NCBI GenBank assembly: GCA_040380835.1
Contig: JBEIIK010000002.1
Span: forward strand, 1,570 to 65,569
DNA: 64,000 bases
Origin: Ignavibacteria bacterium
GTDB lineage: Bacteria > Bacteroidota > Ignavibacteria > Kapaibacteriales > Kapaibacteriaceae
Direction of reading: 5' to 3'
A program made the translations under genes and the position numbers. The notes under the pieces were generated by a model. The model saw only the letters and a list, made by a program, of their open reading frames with translations, made no database searches and had not been told where the DNA came from. This document shows, in pieces, positions 29,086-39,342 of the stretch. The number at the start of each line of letters is the position of its first letter. Position 1 is the stretch's first letter.

Positions 29086-31134
29086 TTAACGAACAACGTT
29101 GACAATAGTCGACGTCGAAAGTCCGGCACCTTCAACCCGAACGACGTAGGAACCCGCCGCAACTGGCGTGCCATTAGCGTCGGTAGTATTCCATGTTGGA
29201 TTTACTACTCCTGCCATGACTGTGCCGTTGTGAACAGTGTTCACAAGCTTACCGAACGTGTCGTAAATGCGTACTGTCAGATTGCCACTCTCTGGAGCTG
29301 TGACAGACATAGTCATTGTCGAGGATACCGGATTAGGATATACTGACACCGCTACGCCTTCAGTTTCAACCATATTGACAGTGTGGCTGCCCATAGCTGA
29401 TTCATTGAATCGCACGTCTGTGAAGTTAAGAACCGAAGCTTCTTTCACCGTGACCATTGCAACAGGCTGCGATTGATCAAACGAACCGTTACCGGCGACA
29501 ACAGCTATGTCAGAGCCAAAATCACAGCTAACAGTATTCTCTTCTGATATAACAGGTGTCACGGATACAATGTCACTGTTCGTTGAGAAGCGAACACCGA
29601 ATGCGCCGTCGTGGTTACCATTCAGGAACACAGGAATCTGCACGAGACCTCCACCAACGTTGCTTGGCACGCCGAAGCGGACGTTGTCGGCAATGTTCTC
29701 CAGGGATGTCTTACCGAAATCTGGTCCAGTCGTGTCGTTATCAAAGATCCAAGGGAGATAAGGTAGACGACCTGACAGATAGCGCATGATCAGACCAGCA
29801 TCATATTCTGATGTTTCATAATAGATCTGATTCAGGCTGCTAACATCTGGAGCCTTGCCACCTGGGCCGTAAAGCCCATCACCTTCGAACATTACACGAA
29901 CAACCTGACGATTAGTCGTAGGACCAACACCTTGCCCAGGGAAGAATTGTTCGACGTCGATAGTGCGACGCCAGATCACGACCGATGAACCCACCAGCGA
30001 GTCACCAGAAAAATCTCTCTTAAGCTTAGTGAAATAGTAACGACCCGAGTGGTTTACGTCAGCTAAATACGCTTGGCGCTTCCAAATAGAATCGAGTGGA
30101 CGCTTCGTAACAATCGAACGCATGATCACACGGGCATCATTGGCTGTGACACGGCGGTTCTGTGGAAGATCGAAGTGACGCTGACCTTGAGCGCCAGAAG
30201 TGTCGGCATCACCAAAACCCCAGTCACTGAACGTGAGATAGATGATCGAAGAGAAACGAATACGGGCATCAGAGCGGCCACCCGATGGCTGCCAGATGGA
30301 CGTGGAATCGGTACGTTGGTTTCCACCCGTAGCAGGCGCCCACACGAGACCGTTCCAGAAATCCGAAAGGAAACCTGGGAATCCACCATTACCCTTGATT
30401 CCGACTGTCGCACCACGGGTTACAACAGTTGTGTTGGTAGTAAATGGATTTCCACCAACCTGACCATAAGCAAACTCAATCTCGCCTTGGTTGTTGTTGG
30501 TAGCACCACCGATATAGAGGCGTGCCTGGAAATTTGCTACCGATGAGTTGATTGCTACTGGTGCAGTATTAACGTTAAGGTTTTTCCACTGAACTATGAT
30601 GCAACGTCGGGCAGGCTGAATAACCTGACAGTTCTCATCGCGGTCGAAGTCGTATGCCCACGAAATCTTTGAAGGCATGAATCCTGCACCGGCATCACCA
30701 GCCGTACGGAAACGGTGATCACCCCAGAAAGGAGCTACGGCATTATCTGGGTAGGACGACGAATTGATGAACAGCCCGATAGGATTCTTGGCTGCAACTC
30801 GCTTCGTGTTGTCAAACGTCAGAAAACCGTTTACACTGACATATACACCTGAGTACAATGTCCCATTGTAGTTGTATACAACTCCGGCTGGGAACTGAAT
30901 GTAGGCGTAACCATCATCCAAATCGTTGACATTCGTTGGCGGTAAGGTGAAATCCAACGGCGAGATTGTTGTTGGATTTGCTGCGGCGCATGCATCGAGA
31001 TCGCGGTAAGGCAATCCCGTAACGAGCTGGGGCTGGCGGAACTGATTAAAGATCTGCTGAGCCACGCTCTCAACCGCACCGATCGCGAACGAACAGAGTA
31101 CAATCGCCGAGGCAATTAATACCTGCTTCTTCAT
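29086..31134 (-). CDS. T9SS cargo protein (682 aa).
   Basis: Signal peptide '...GAVESVA|QQIFN'. C-terminal 'VYPNPVSSTMTMSVTAPESGNLTVRIYDTFGKLV...AGSYVVRVEGAGLSTSTIVNVVR'. Confidence 0.65.
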   Translation of the reverse strand: MKKQVLIASAIVLCSFAIGAVESVAQQIFNQFRQPQLVTGLPYRDLDACAAANPTTISPLDFTLPPTNVNDLDDGYAYIQFPAGVVYNYNGTLYSGVYVSVNGFLTFDNTKRVAAKNPIGLFINSSSYPDNAVAPFWGDHRFRTAGDAGAGFMPSKISWAYDFDRDENCQVIQPARRCIIVQWKNLNVNTAPVAINSSVANFQARLYIGGATNNNQGEIEFAYGQVGGNPFTTNTTVVTRGATVGIKGNGGFPGFLSDFWNGLVWAPATGGNQRTDSTSIWQPSGGRSDARIRFSSIIYLTFSDWGFGDADTSGAQGQRHFDLPQNRRVTANDARVIMRSIVTKRPLDSIWKRQAYLADVNHSGRYYFTKLKRDFSGDSLVGSSVVIWRRTIDVEQFFPGQGVGPTTNRQVVRVMFEGDGLYGPGGKAPDVSSLNQIYYETSEYDAGLIMRYLSGRLPYLPWIFDNDTTGPDFGKTSLENIADNVRFGVPSNVGGGLVQIPVFLNGNHDGAFGVRFSTNSDIVSVTPVISEENTVSCDFGSDIAVVAGNGSFDQSQPVAMVTVKEASVLNFTDVRFNESAMGSHTVNMVETEGVAVSVYPNPVSSTMTMSVTAPESGNLTVRIYDTFGKLVNTVHNGTVMAGVVNPTWNTTDANGTPVAAGSYVVRVEGAGLSTSTIVNVVR

Positions 31135-31216
31135 AATGACTCCAAGAAATTCTGTGTTTGGTTTCGTGTCGGTTTAGAAGGGGGCGGGCACCTGCCAGCC
31201 CCCTGTTTCGATTGCG

Positions 31217-34200
31217 TTAGCGGATCACTACGACTTGTTGCGTCGCAGTATTCGTTCCGTCTGTGATACGTACTGTGTACGAACCGCTCGGCAGAGTTGT
31301 ACCAGTCCACTCAATCATGTGCTTACCTGCCGTATAGACTTCATCAGCAATGGTGGTTACACGATTACCAACTGCATTGAACACTTCGACCGTCACCTTC
31401 GATGTTGTTGGAACATTGAAGCTGATGTTCGATGATGTCGTGAATGGATTAGGAGCAATTCGAGAGATTCCAAACTGACCTTCTTCCAGTTCTTCATCAA
31501 CCGGCGATGTGAAGTCATAGACTATCACAAAACCTTCGATCGACGTGAGGTTGACGATCAGGGTATCGAAATCAGTACCACCTGTCTTGATGACACCAGG
31601 AACGCTACGACCGGTACCAGTCTTCATGTTGTAATCAAACAACGAACCATTCGACTGATCATCGCGGATATAGTATGAACCTGGGTTCTGAGCATCCTTT
31701 TCAGGAACCTGATTACGTGACCAGATGATCCGCACTGGATAGTAGTTCGAGCTTTGACCCGTTTCACCACCAGCCTGGAAGCGCGCCTGATACATGGACT
31801 GGCCGGCAACGTTAGAGAATGGGTGGATGTTGCGGATGATACCATTTCGTGTTGGGATCGTCCAGCGTGCGTCAAAGACATCGATGTATGGAACTGGAGG
31901 CAGCTCATACTCACAGTAGTTGGAATCGAGTTTACCAAAGTTGTTTGCCTCATCACCGCGTGTTGCGATGGAAGATCCACCAACACCGAACGTGAGTACT
32001 TGGAACGCACCGAAATTGTTCTGTACTCGCACGTCTGCAGAGAAGCGCGTAGCGTCCGAGACCGAAACAGAATAGATCAGTGTGTCCTTAGCGCCTTGAC
32101 GGTCGGTAACGACAACCACGATGCGGATCCGGCCGTCAACGATGTTTCCAGACAGACCGGTAGTTGAAATAGCTACTCGTTGCGTGTCGGCAATCGGGCT
32201 TGCGAGCTTGCTTGGTGTAAAGGCCCACGGACCGGCTGGCTCAATAACCTCGAACGTCAACTCCTCGTTGCCTGCCTGCTTGCGTGCAAGGTCAATGTCG
32301 GTAACACGGATCGTGTCGCTGTATGGCTTGCCGGCTTCCACGCAGCGGATGATTGGTGACTGCAGAAGCACTGGGTTGTGATTCTTCGCACGAATTACAA
32401 GATCGTAAGTGCGGATATCACGAAGACCACCTGCGTCAGTGACAAGAACCGTCACCTTGACAGTCGTGTCGGCGTAAGGAAGATCCGTTACACGCGGAGT
32501 TCCATACAGAAGTCCAGATGTTGGATTGATACGCAACCAACGTGGTGTTGTCTTGCGTGTGCTGTTCAACTTGAACGAACCAGCCTCAGTAAAGTATGGA
32601 TCGATCTCAACGCTATCGCGCGCTTCGTCTGCGTAGATCAACTCATAACCTTGAGCCTGACCGAAGTTTGGATCGTAGACCTTGATCCGCCGCGCACTGT
32701 CAATCAGTTGCGTGTTGTAGTCTTCATCTTCGATGGCATCCGGGAGGCTTGCCTCGAGAAGACTTGGCTGATAATTCACAAAGAGACGGCGAGTAAGCGT
32801 GTTGATTCCACCATGTCCGTCGTTCACAATAATCGACATGATCGTATCCGTATTACGATCATCGTTGAATGGACGACCCGGATCGTAATCATTGATCGGT
32901 TGGAGAATCTCGTTCGCAAGATTTCTTGGGATGCGAATTTCGATACGACCACGTGTTGTGAAATCTTCGGCAAATGGATCTGCTGAACCGGCCGCTTCGT
33001 AACGACGCAGGAACTGGTTTGCCATCCATGCCGGACGAGCCTGAACGATGTTTTCGAGCGACGTATCACCCGGAGTTTGACGTATAGACGTGGAAAGGAA
33101 TCCGTATGATGTCTTGCCATACCGGTAATCCCACGCACCGAGACGCTTCACCACATCGCGGTTTTCGTCAACTGCAGCTAGATCCTCGAACTCATCATCC
33201 GTGTTGATGTCTGCACGGAAGCGCAGTGAGTCTGTGAGGTTCGCAACGAAGTGGATATTCAACGTATCTGCTTGGCTGCGAGTTGGGTTGTTGTAGATCT
33301 CATCAAGAATGTTGTTTGGTGCATTCTGGGGAGCCGGCGCAAATCGACGACCAACACGGCTAGTCGTGTTGAACATGCGAAGCGTATCCAGGTATGTTCC
33401 GGTTGCACGGTCGTATGCGGCAGGATCAGTAGTCGTTGGATCCAAAACGATCGTCGTATCACCCTTCCACATGTTCTGGAAAGTGACAGCGTTGGTACCC
33501 GTGGCGCGGTAGTTCCAAAGGAAGCGCGGCATCGAGTCAACAACATGGATACGGAATTGATACGAAACCGAGTCCAGCCAGCCGAAGTTGACGGTGTCCT
33601 GCTGCAGGAATCGAGCATTTGTGTTGACCGGATTACGCTGGTTCAACGCAAGAGCATTGTTGTCATATTCCTGAGCGTGGAAATATGATGGGTACAGGTA
33701 GATCCAACGTGAGATCTGCTGTTCTGACCATCCAGACTTGCGGAGTGAATCCACAATTTCCAAGCTCGGTGGGAAGTTCTTTGCTACGACTTCGACAAGT
33801 TCACCGCCAGGGACGATGTAAGGGTTGATCGGACGTCCGCGGAAGAAGCGATAGCCACGAGCACTCCAGCGAACATTGTTAGAAGTAGCTCCGGCCACAA
33901 CAAGCGTATCGCGAAGCCAGTACTGGAGACCCGAATTGCCGGTCTTGATAGACCAGAAGTAAGACAATTCTGCATTGAAGTTTGCATCATTGACGACTCG
34001 TGGGTCGTAGAACTTGTTTACGTCCACAGCAGTAATCGAGAAGATCGAATCACGCTCAGTAAGATCCATCCCAGGGATTGGCTGGTTCAGAGCATCAGCT
34101 GGGTAGCTAGATGGCTCGTTGAACCACGCACCACGGCCCGGGCCACGGCTCGACTGGGCAGCCGTTACCGGTGTGTAGAGACGATTCTCCGTCACGAAGA

Positions 34201-37200
34201 CGCGGTTACGGAATTCTGGATGCAGTAGTGGGCTCTTGCCAAGTGTGTCGGCAGCTCCCGTGAAAACTGGAGGAAGTGTGTTGTTGCCAATAGCAAACGT
34301 TAGGGCACCGTTAAGTGCATTAACTACACCATCTTTCCAGAGGGCAGTGCGGGAGATGACGGTGATTGGGTCACCGCTAGAAACCGGCAGGGCACGATAG
34401 CGCTCGCCACCATAGTATGTTTCTTTTCCACCGGCAGCACCAACAGCATTCGAAGCTGGCAGTGTTGGACGGTTACCTAGACGGAAGTCTGCACCACCAA
34501 GTTCGCCAAGTGTTGATGAAGCTTCCCACCGGCGACCTGCCAGTGCGGCCGAATCTTCTGCAATAGCGTTGCGTACGATCTTCGAAAGAAGGGTCGCACC
34601 CGTGCCATACGTTGCCAGGCCTTCATATGCGCGGCGAATGTTAGGATCACCGCCGTTTGAAGAATCCGGAACGAAATCGACACGACCTCTAAATATTGTA
34701 TCGGTGTTTGTACGCTGAGCCATGTTGATACGGATGTAATCACCCGTGCGCTCATTGATAACGAAGAAGACTGTTTCGTTGATAGCACGAGGATCGTTGT
34801 TGGAGATCTCAGAAGTACCGCTGTAGTCAACACGTGCTTCCAGGAAAAGCGGATAACCGATCGGGTGATCGCCAACGAACTCCGTCTGAACCGCGCGGAT
34901 GTCCGTGAAGGCGTCCGCATCAAATGGATTACGCGTCATCCGCTTGACGTACTTGTTGAACGATGGTTGAAGCGGATCTGTATACAGTCTCAGCGTTGGA
35001 GGAATTCCGATGGCAAAATCTTCGATAGGCGACATCCGACGATTCGAATAATCGGCCGTCTTGATGTCTGTTCCCTTATCAAAGATGTCATACACACGAC
35101 CCTGCATGAGCAGCGTGTCAGGGATCTGCCATGATGGGATTGGATTGTACGTATAGCGCCAGGCCGACTCAAATGGACCTTGTTCGGTAAGGTTCGAGGT
35201 TGAGTTGCGCACAAAACGCATGTGCGTCTTTCCGTTGCCAGCAATGAAGTAGGTCTCTTGCGTGCGTCCGAAAGTTGAACCCGATGTCACAGGCAGGATA
35301 GTATTGACATTCGCTTCCGTACGACCCCAGTAGTTGCCGCGAAGTGTGTCCACGCCACCAAAACCAATACCCGTTGTTCCAGCGAGAACACCCTTGGTGT
35401 CCTGCGCATCTGGAAGACGGATGATGAAACGTGCATCATTGTCGTAGATCGAATTTGCAGCTGTGCTGAACGTATTCCATGGCAGCGGACCAGTCACTTC
35501 ACCGAACAATACGGCTCCTGCGAGGTCGCTTGAGGCTGGATTCTCACTTGAAGCGGCAAGAAAAGGACCGACAATTGTGTCGTTCTGACGACCAATGGTC
35601 GATGTAGCCTTGTTTCCTGTCACCAGACAGCGAGCAAAGTTGAGCTTCAGGTCATAATTGTCAGAGTAGATAGCAGCACCGCTATGAGCCATGTTGTTCT
35701 GGAAACGAACACGGTCAAAAGCGAAGGTGTCAACACGTACACGGATGCTATCAAGGATATAGACCGCACCACCAAGACCCGTACCGTTTTCACGGAGCGT
35801 GGTACCCGGGTGTGTTACGCGAATGTCTCCGCGCTGTGTCGTTCCCGAACCTTGACGTGAGGCATTTGGATAAACCTCGTTGTCATAGAAGCGCGTAAGC
35901 ATACGCTCATCGGCACGTGGACCGCTCGCAAGGAACGTAAAGACATCATCACGAGGTGTGTAAGCGACAGCCATGGCACTCGTGTTGAACGCCACGTTGT
36001 CGACATCCGTGATCATATATCGGCGTCGTGTCACAGTATCCGGTGTAACGATTGCGACAGCGCCACCGTTTCCGTTCCACACCTTGTTTGCGCGGAATTC
36101 AACACCTTTAACCAGATTCAAGTCAGCGTTAATCACATAAAGACCACCACCACCACGGACTTCATTTGCAAGGTTTCCAGTTCCAGACGTTGGAACCTGA
36201 CCAACCCGGTTGTTAATGAAGTGTGCACGAACGTAGCGCAGTCCACGTTCAACCACTGGCAGATTTTGTGGGATCTGAACCGTGATTGCACCACCCGAGA
36301 AGTTCGCAGTGTTGTTGTTGAACTCTACACCGTAGTTCGTACCGTAGATCCAGAGTGGACCAGAGACACCACCAGCACCGTAGACGTACATGTTGCGCTC
36401 GGTATAGATGGCGCCGCCATCAATCGAGGCCTTGTTGTCGCGGAACTTGATGTTGAATCCATAATTACGTGCCTCGATAACGCCATCGGAACCACCGATC
36501 CAAGGCGACAGTTGCGGAATAACTGCGTTGCGCTCAACACAGATTGCACCACCGCGGCCGGATTCGTTTCCGATAAAGTGCGTAGCTGGATTGTTATCGA
36601 GATTGCCACGAACCTGGATCTGCCATGCGGATGAGCTCGTGTAGATGGCTCCACCCTTGGAGAAGTTCCCTACGGAGGTGACACCAGCCGTTGAAAGTGT
36701 CGTGATGAATGGGGTGATCGTCTTGTTGCCGGTGTAACGTCCAGCGAAGATCACACTCGTGTTTTCGCCAACATACACAGCACCACCGCGTGCACCAGCT
36801 GATAGCTGGTTACCGACAGGTGTTGTGTTCTGACGGTTTTCGGCATAGTTGCCGTTGAATTCAATGGTGTCCTTGCCCTGGAAATCGTTGATTCCAAGAC
36901 CAACGATCATTGGACTGCGGCCACTAATAAACAGAGCACCACCGAATGATTCATTGCGCTGTGAACGCGTGAGCGCACCAAACGTGGTAGCCGCACGAGA
37001 TGTAACGTCGGTCACAATACGTACTGCGCCAACACGAATCGTATCGACGTCGGCAAGAAGTGTGTAGTTGCCCGTAAAGCGCGATTGACGGATGCGACCG
37101 AGGTAGAGAGCAAGGCGGGCATCGTCAAGTGACTGACGATCTGCATCACTCAGTGTTTCTGCTCCGGACTCCGCCACGTTGTCTGTGATGCGCACGCCAG

Positions 37201-38257
37201 TAGCAATTGGATTAGCCGTTGTCTGATCAGTAAGAAACGGGTTCGTCGTCGCTGGATATGTTGGCAGAGCAGAGATCGTAGCAGGACTTACCGTAGGGTA
37301 AAGTTGCAGGGTTGAACCGGCAAACGCATCTACTGGAGCCTGAAGGATCTGCATGGCACCGCCGCGGAAGCGCGCCATGTTGTTGCGGAAGTTACAACCG
37401 ACCACCCACGTGCGTGAGGAGAATGTTGTTATGGCGCCACCATTACCGTTCGTAAGCGAGAGCAGCGTTTGGTTAGCTGACTCCTGCTGTGCAGCTGTCA
37501 GTGCTGCACCACTGCTGTTGGCCAGGTAGACCGGACGATTGTCAACTGTTGTGTCCTTGCGGAAATTCACAAAGTCAACATCGCGGAAAAAGGCTGCCCG
37601 TGCTCCCGGGAGAACAACAATGTGTCCCCATTCACGCGAGAAACTGTTTACACGGTCTGCAATGAACGTGATACGATCTGGCGTCACGTTGATCGAACGT
37701 CCACTCGTGCGGAACCAAGGATTCAGACGTACAGCCGAGATCACTCCGCCCAGATCAAGGCGCGCGGCCCTGTACATGACTGCTTGTGCCGGCGTGATGT
37801 TCTGAAGATTGGCATTCGTGCCAAGATTGACCCTGAAAATCAAATTATGCTTGGCAGGGTTGATCGTTGGCTCGGTTTCGATCGTGGACGTTACCACGCC
37901 AGTCGTGCCGAAGTAGTTCAGATCGTCGTATCCCGTGAACGGAGGAACCAGTGGGTTCACCGCTGCCTGGTTATACGTAGCCGAAGCACGGCCATCGGCG
38001 ATGATCCGACCACCGGTCGAGTCTACCAGCCGACCATTCGGTAGAAACTCAACACGTGTTCCCGGTTCGATCACTAGCGTACCGCCAATGGTATACGTTC
38101 CACTGATCCGGTAGATCGTGTCACGAACAAAGACGCGTACGCCTCCGGGTGGAAGACTACCGCGAACTTCAATGAACGGCAAGATCTGCGCTTGCGCGAC
38201 GTTAAAAATCGCGGTTAACGCAAGCAGCAAGCTGCTCAGACGAAACCAACGTTGCAT
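31217..38257 (-). CDS. Giant (about 2,346 aa) T9SS cargo protein with right-handed parallel beta-helix repeats (adhesin-like).
   Basis: Signal peptide '...FNVAQA|QILPF'. Multiple 'GGAI(Y/T/C)' beta-helix repeat motifs. C-terminal 'APNPFTTSSNISFNVPTTSKVTVEVFNAVGNRV...SGSYTVRITDGTNTATQQVVVIR'. Start moved to internal 'MQRWFRLSSLLLALTA' (signal peptide). Confidence 0.75.
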   Translation of the reverse strand: MQRWFRLSSLLLALTAIFNVAQAQILPFIEVRGSLPPGGVRVFVRDTIYRISGTYTIGGTLVIEPGTRVEFLPNGRLVDSTGGRIIADGRASATYNQAAVNPLVPPFTGYDDLNYFGTTGVVTSTIETEPTINPAKHNLIFRVNLGTNANLQNITPAQAVMYRAARLDLGGVISAVRLNPWFRTSGRSINVTPDRITFIADRVNSFSREWGHIVVLPGARAAFFRDVDFVNFRKDTTVDNRPVYLANSSGAALTAAQQESANQTLLSLTNGNGGAITTFSSRTWVVGCNFRNNMARFRGGAMQILQAPVDAFAGSTLQLYPTVSPATISALPTYPATTNPFLTDQTTANPIATGVRITDNVAESGAETLSDADRQSLDDARLALYLGRIRQSRFTGNYTLLADVDTIRVGAVRIVTDVTSRAATTFGALTRSQRNESFGGALFISGRSPMIVGLGINDFQGKDTIEFNGNYAENRQNTTPVGNQLSAGARGGAVYVGENTSVIFAGRYTGNKTITPFITTLSTAGVTSVGNFSKGGAIYTSSSAWQIQVRGNLDNNPATHFIGNESGRGGAICVERNAVIPQLSPWIGGSDGVIEARNYGFNIKFRDNKASIDGGAIYTERNMYVYGAGGVSGPLWIYGTNYGVEFNNNTANFSGGAITVQIPQNLPVVERGLRYVRAHFINNRVGQVPTSGTGNLANEVRGGGGLYVINADLNLVKGVEFRANKVWNGNGGAVAIVTPDTVTRRRYMITDVDNVAFNTSAMAVAYTPRDDVFTFLASGPRADERMLTRFYDNEVYPNASRQGSGTTQRGDIRVTHPGTTLRENGTGLGGAVYILDSIRVRVDTFAFDRVRFQNNMAHSGAAIYSDNYDLKLNFARCLVTGNKATSTIGRQNDTIVGPFLAASSENPASSDLAGAVLFGEVTGPLPWNTFSTAANSIYDNDARFIIRLPDAQDTKGVLAGTTGIGFGGVDTLRGNYWGRTEANVNTILPVTSGSTFGRTQETYFIAGNGKTHMRFVRNSTSNLTEQGPFESAWRYTYNPIPSWQIPDTLLMQGRVYDIFDKGTDIKTADYSNRRMSPIEDFAIGIPPTLRLYTDPLQPSFNKYVKRMTRNPFDADAFTDIRAVQTEFVGDHPIGYPLFLEARVDYSGTSEISNNDPRAINETVFFVINERTGDYIRINMAQRTNTDTIFRGRVDFVPDSSNGGDPNIRRAYEGLATYGTGATLLSKIVRNAIAEDSAALAGRRWEASSTLGELGGADFRLGNRPTLPASNAVGAAGGKETYYGGERYRALPVSSGDPITVISRTALWKDGVVNALNGALTFAIGNNTLPPVFTGAADTLGKSPLLHPEFRNRVFVTENRLYTPVTAAQSSRGPGRGAWFNEPSSYPADALNQPIPGMDLTERDSIFSITAVDVNKFYDPRVVNDANFNAELSYFWSIKTGNSGLQYWLRDTLVVAGATSNNVRWSARGYRFFRGRPINPYIVPGGELVEVVAKNFPPSLEIVDSLRKSGWSEQQISRWIYLYPSYFHAQEYDNNALALNQRNPVNTNARFLQQDTVNFGWLDSVSYQFRIHVVDSMPRFLWNYRATGTNAVTFQNMWKGDTTIVLDPTTTDPAAYDRATGTYLDTLRMFNTTSRVGRRFAPAPQNAPNNILDEIYNNPTRSQADTLNIHFVANLTDSLRFRADINTDDEFEDLAAVDENRDVVKRLGAWDYRYGKTSYGFLSTSIRQTPGDTSLENIVQARPAWMANQFLRRYEAAGSADPFAEDFTTRGRIEIRIPRNLANEILQPINDYDPGRPFNDDRNTDTIMSIIVNDGHGGINTLTRRLFVNYQPSLLEASLPDAIEDEDYNTQLIDSARRIKVYDPNFGQAQGYELIYADEARDSVEIDPYFTEAGSFKLNSTRKTTPRWLRINPTSGLLYGTPRVTDLPYADTTVKVTVLVTDAGGLRDIRTYDLVIRAKNHNPVLLQSPIIRCVEAGKPYSDTIRVTDIDLARKQAGNEELTFEVIEPAGPWAFTPSKLASPIADTQRVAISTTGLSGNIVDGRIRIVVVVTDRQGAKDTLIYSVSVSDATRFSADVRVQNNFGAFQVLTFGVGGSSIATRGDEANNFGKLDSNYCEYELPPVPYIDVFDARWTIPTRNGIIRNIHPFSNVAGQSMYQARFQAGGETGQSSNYYPVRIIWSRNQVPEKDAQNPGSYYIRDDQSNGSLFDYNMKTGTGRSVPGVIKTGGTDFDTLIVNLTSIEGFVIVYDFTSPVDEELEEGQFGISRIAPNPFTTSSNISFNVPTTSKVTVEVFNAVGNRVTTIADEVYTAGKHMIEWTGTTLPSGSYTVRITDGTNTATQQVVVIR

Positions 38258-38348
38258 ACAACCTCCAGTTGTAAAAACCTTATTCTTTTGCATTCTTTTC
38301 ACGTTTTCAGAGTCGTTCATGAGGAAATCGGCAAAATGCCTCGAATTG

Positions 38349-39161
38349 CTAATCAATTGCCGTGCCAAGACGTGCGAGTCCTGATTTTGCCGAGGCAGCG
38401 ACTTCCGACATTTCGAACTTTTTGGTAATCAGGCGATACGTCTCTACGGCTTTCGCCGTGTTTTTTGCTTCTTCGTAGCAGACAGCGGCACGATAGAGGA
38501 TGTGGTCCTCGAATCCTGTTTTGTCAGCCAATTCGGCGGCGGCTTCATACTGAACTGCGGCTTCAGCGAAGTTCTTCTGAAGCTCACTTACAGCAGCAAG
38601 TCCTTGCTTGGCACCAACTTGCACCAGCTTGGAACTTGATCCCGCCGCACGTTCAAACTGCGGCTGTGCCTCTGAGGCCTTACCAAGATTTACGTAGGCA
38701 TTGCCTGCCATAAGAGCGGCCTGCTCTCCAGCTGGCGTACCCTCATACTCGTCGCTGATAGCTACGAGACCCTTAACAGCTTCGGTGCCCATCGGGGGAA
38801 CCCCCTTACCGGAAAGAGCCTGGTCATAAGCACCCATGTCGTAGGCACCCCTCACACGTGAGAGGTGTGTGAGCCCCTCCATGTTGAGTTCCTGCTGTTG
38901 CGAGTCATAAAAGAAATAGCCGCCGACCACAACAACAACGCCTACCAGCACTCCAACGAGGAACTGCCAGCGGCTTGCGATGAAGTCAACAGCGCTCTGC
39001 GCCGAACCTGCCGATGATTCTGGCAGTCCAGGCGTTTGATACGTCTCGTGTGGCAGTCCTGTGCTCATGCACTCCTCATCGTGTCCGACAAAATCGACGT
39101 CGGCAGCATGTGCCGAGTCGATGAAAACATACAGCCTGACGCACTCAGGCTCCCATCGCAC
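38349..39161 (-). CDS. Membrane-anchored TPR-like protein (YfgM-like topology), first gene of the cargo operon.
   Basis: Single TM 'WQFLVGVLVGVVVVVGGYFFY' followed by a TPR-like helical repeat domain. Its stop overlaps the giant gene's extended ORF. An alternative start is at 39068 (MSTGL). Confidence 0.5.
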   Translation of the reverse strand: MRWEPECVRLYVFIDSAHAADVDFVGHDEECMSTGLPHETYQTPGLPESSAGSAQSAVDFIASRWQFLVGVLVGVVVVVGGYFFYDSQQQELNMEGLTHLSRVRGAYDMGAYDQALSGKGVPPMGTEAVKGLVAISDEYEGTPAGEQAALMAGNAYVNLGKASEAQPQFERAAGSSSKLVQVGAKQGLAAVSELQKNFAEAAVQYEAAAELADKTGFEDHILYRAAVCYEEAKNTAKAVETYRLITKKFEMSEVAASAKSGLARLGTAID

Positions 39162-39194
39162 ATGTGATGCGGAGCGAGCCTAGTGAATCAGGTC

Positions 39195-39300
39195 TGCAAA
39201 TATACCGTGCAGGTGGGTATCCACCAACTTGAAATATGAACACGAACCTCGCGGCTAACCCTTGCACGAATTTGCAGTTAGGTGGGTTATCCACAGAGTT
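39195..39300 (-). promoter_or_regulatory. Candidate promoter/operator for the TPR–cargo operon: a minus-strand TATATTTG -7 box, a TTG roughly 20 nt upstream of it, and two copies of a direct repeat (about 25 bp) each containing an inverted GGTGG-N4/5-CCAC core.
   Basis: Plus 39197-39204 'caaatata' is TATATTTG on the minus strand (Bacteroidetes sigma-A consensus TAnnTTTG), about 36 nt upstream of the 39161 start. 'AGGTGGGTATCCAC' at 39211-39224 and 'AGGTGGGTTATCCAC' at 39280-39294 share TGCA...GTTG flanks. Confidence 0.3.
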
Positions 39301-39342
39301 GCATAGGCCGTTATCAACACTGAGTTGAACGCCGACCAAATC

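Noticed and set aside
39162-39342. tRNA or other small structured RNA in the 180-bp gap.
   Set aside because: No cloverleaf-compatible T-arm/anticodon arrangement is visible. The repeats look like protein-binding sites rather than RNA helices.
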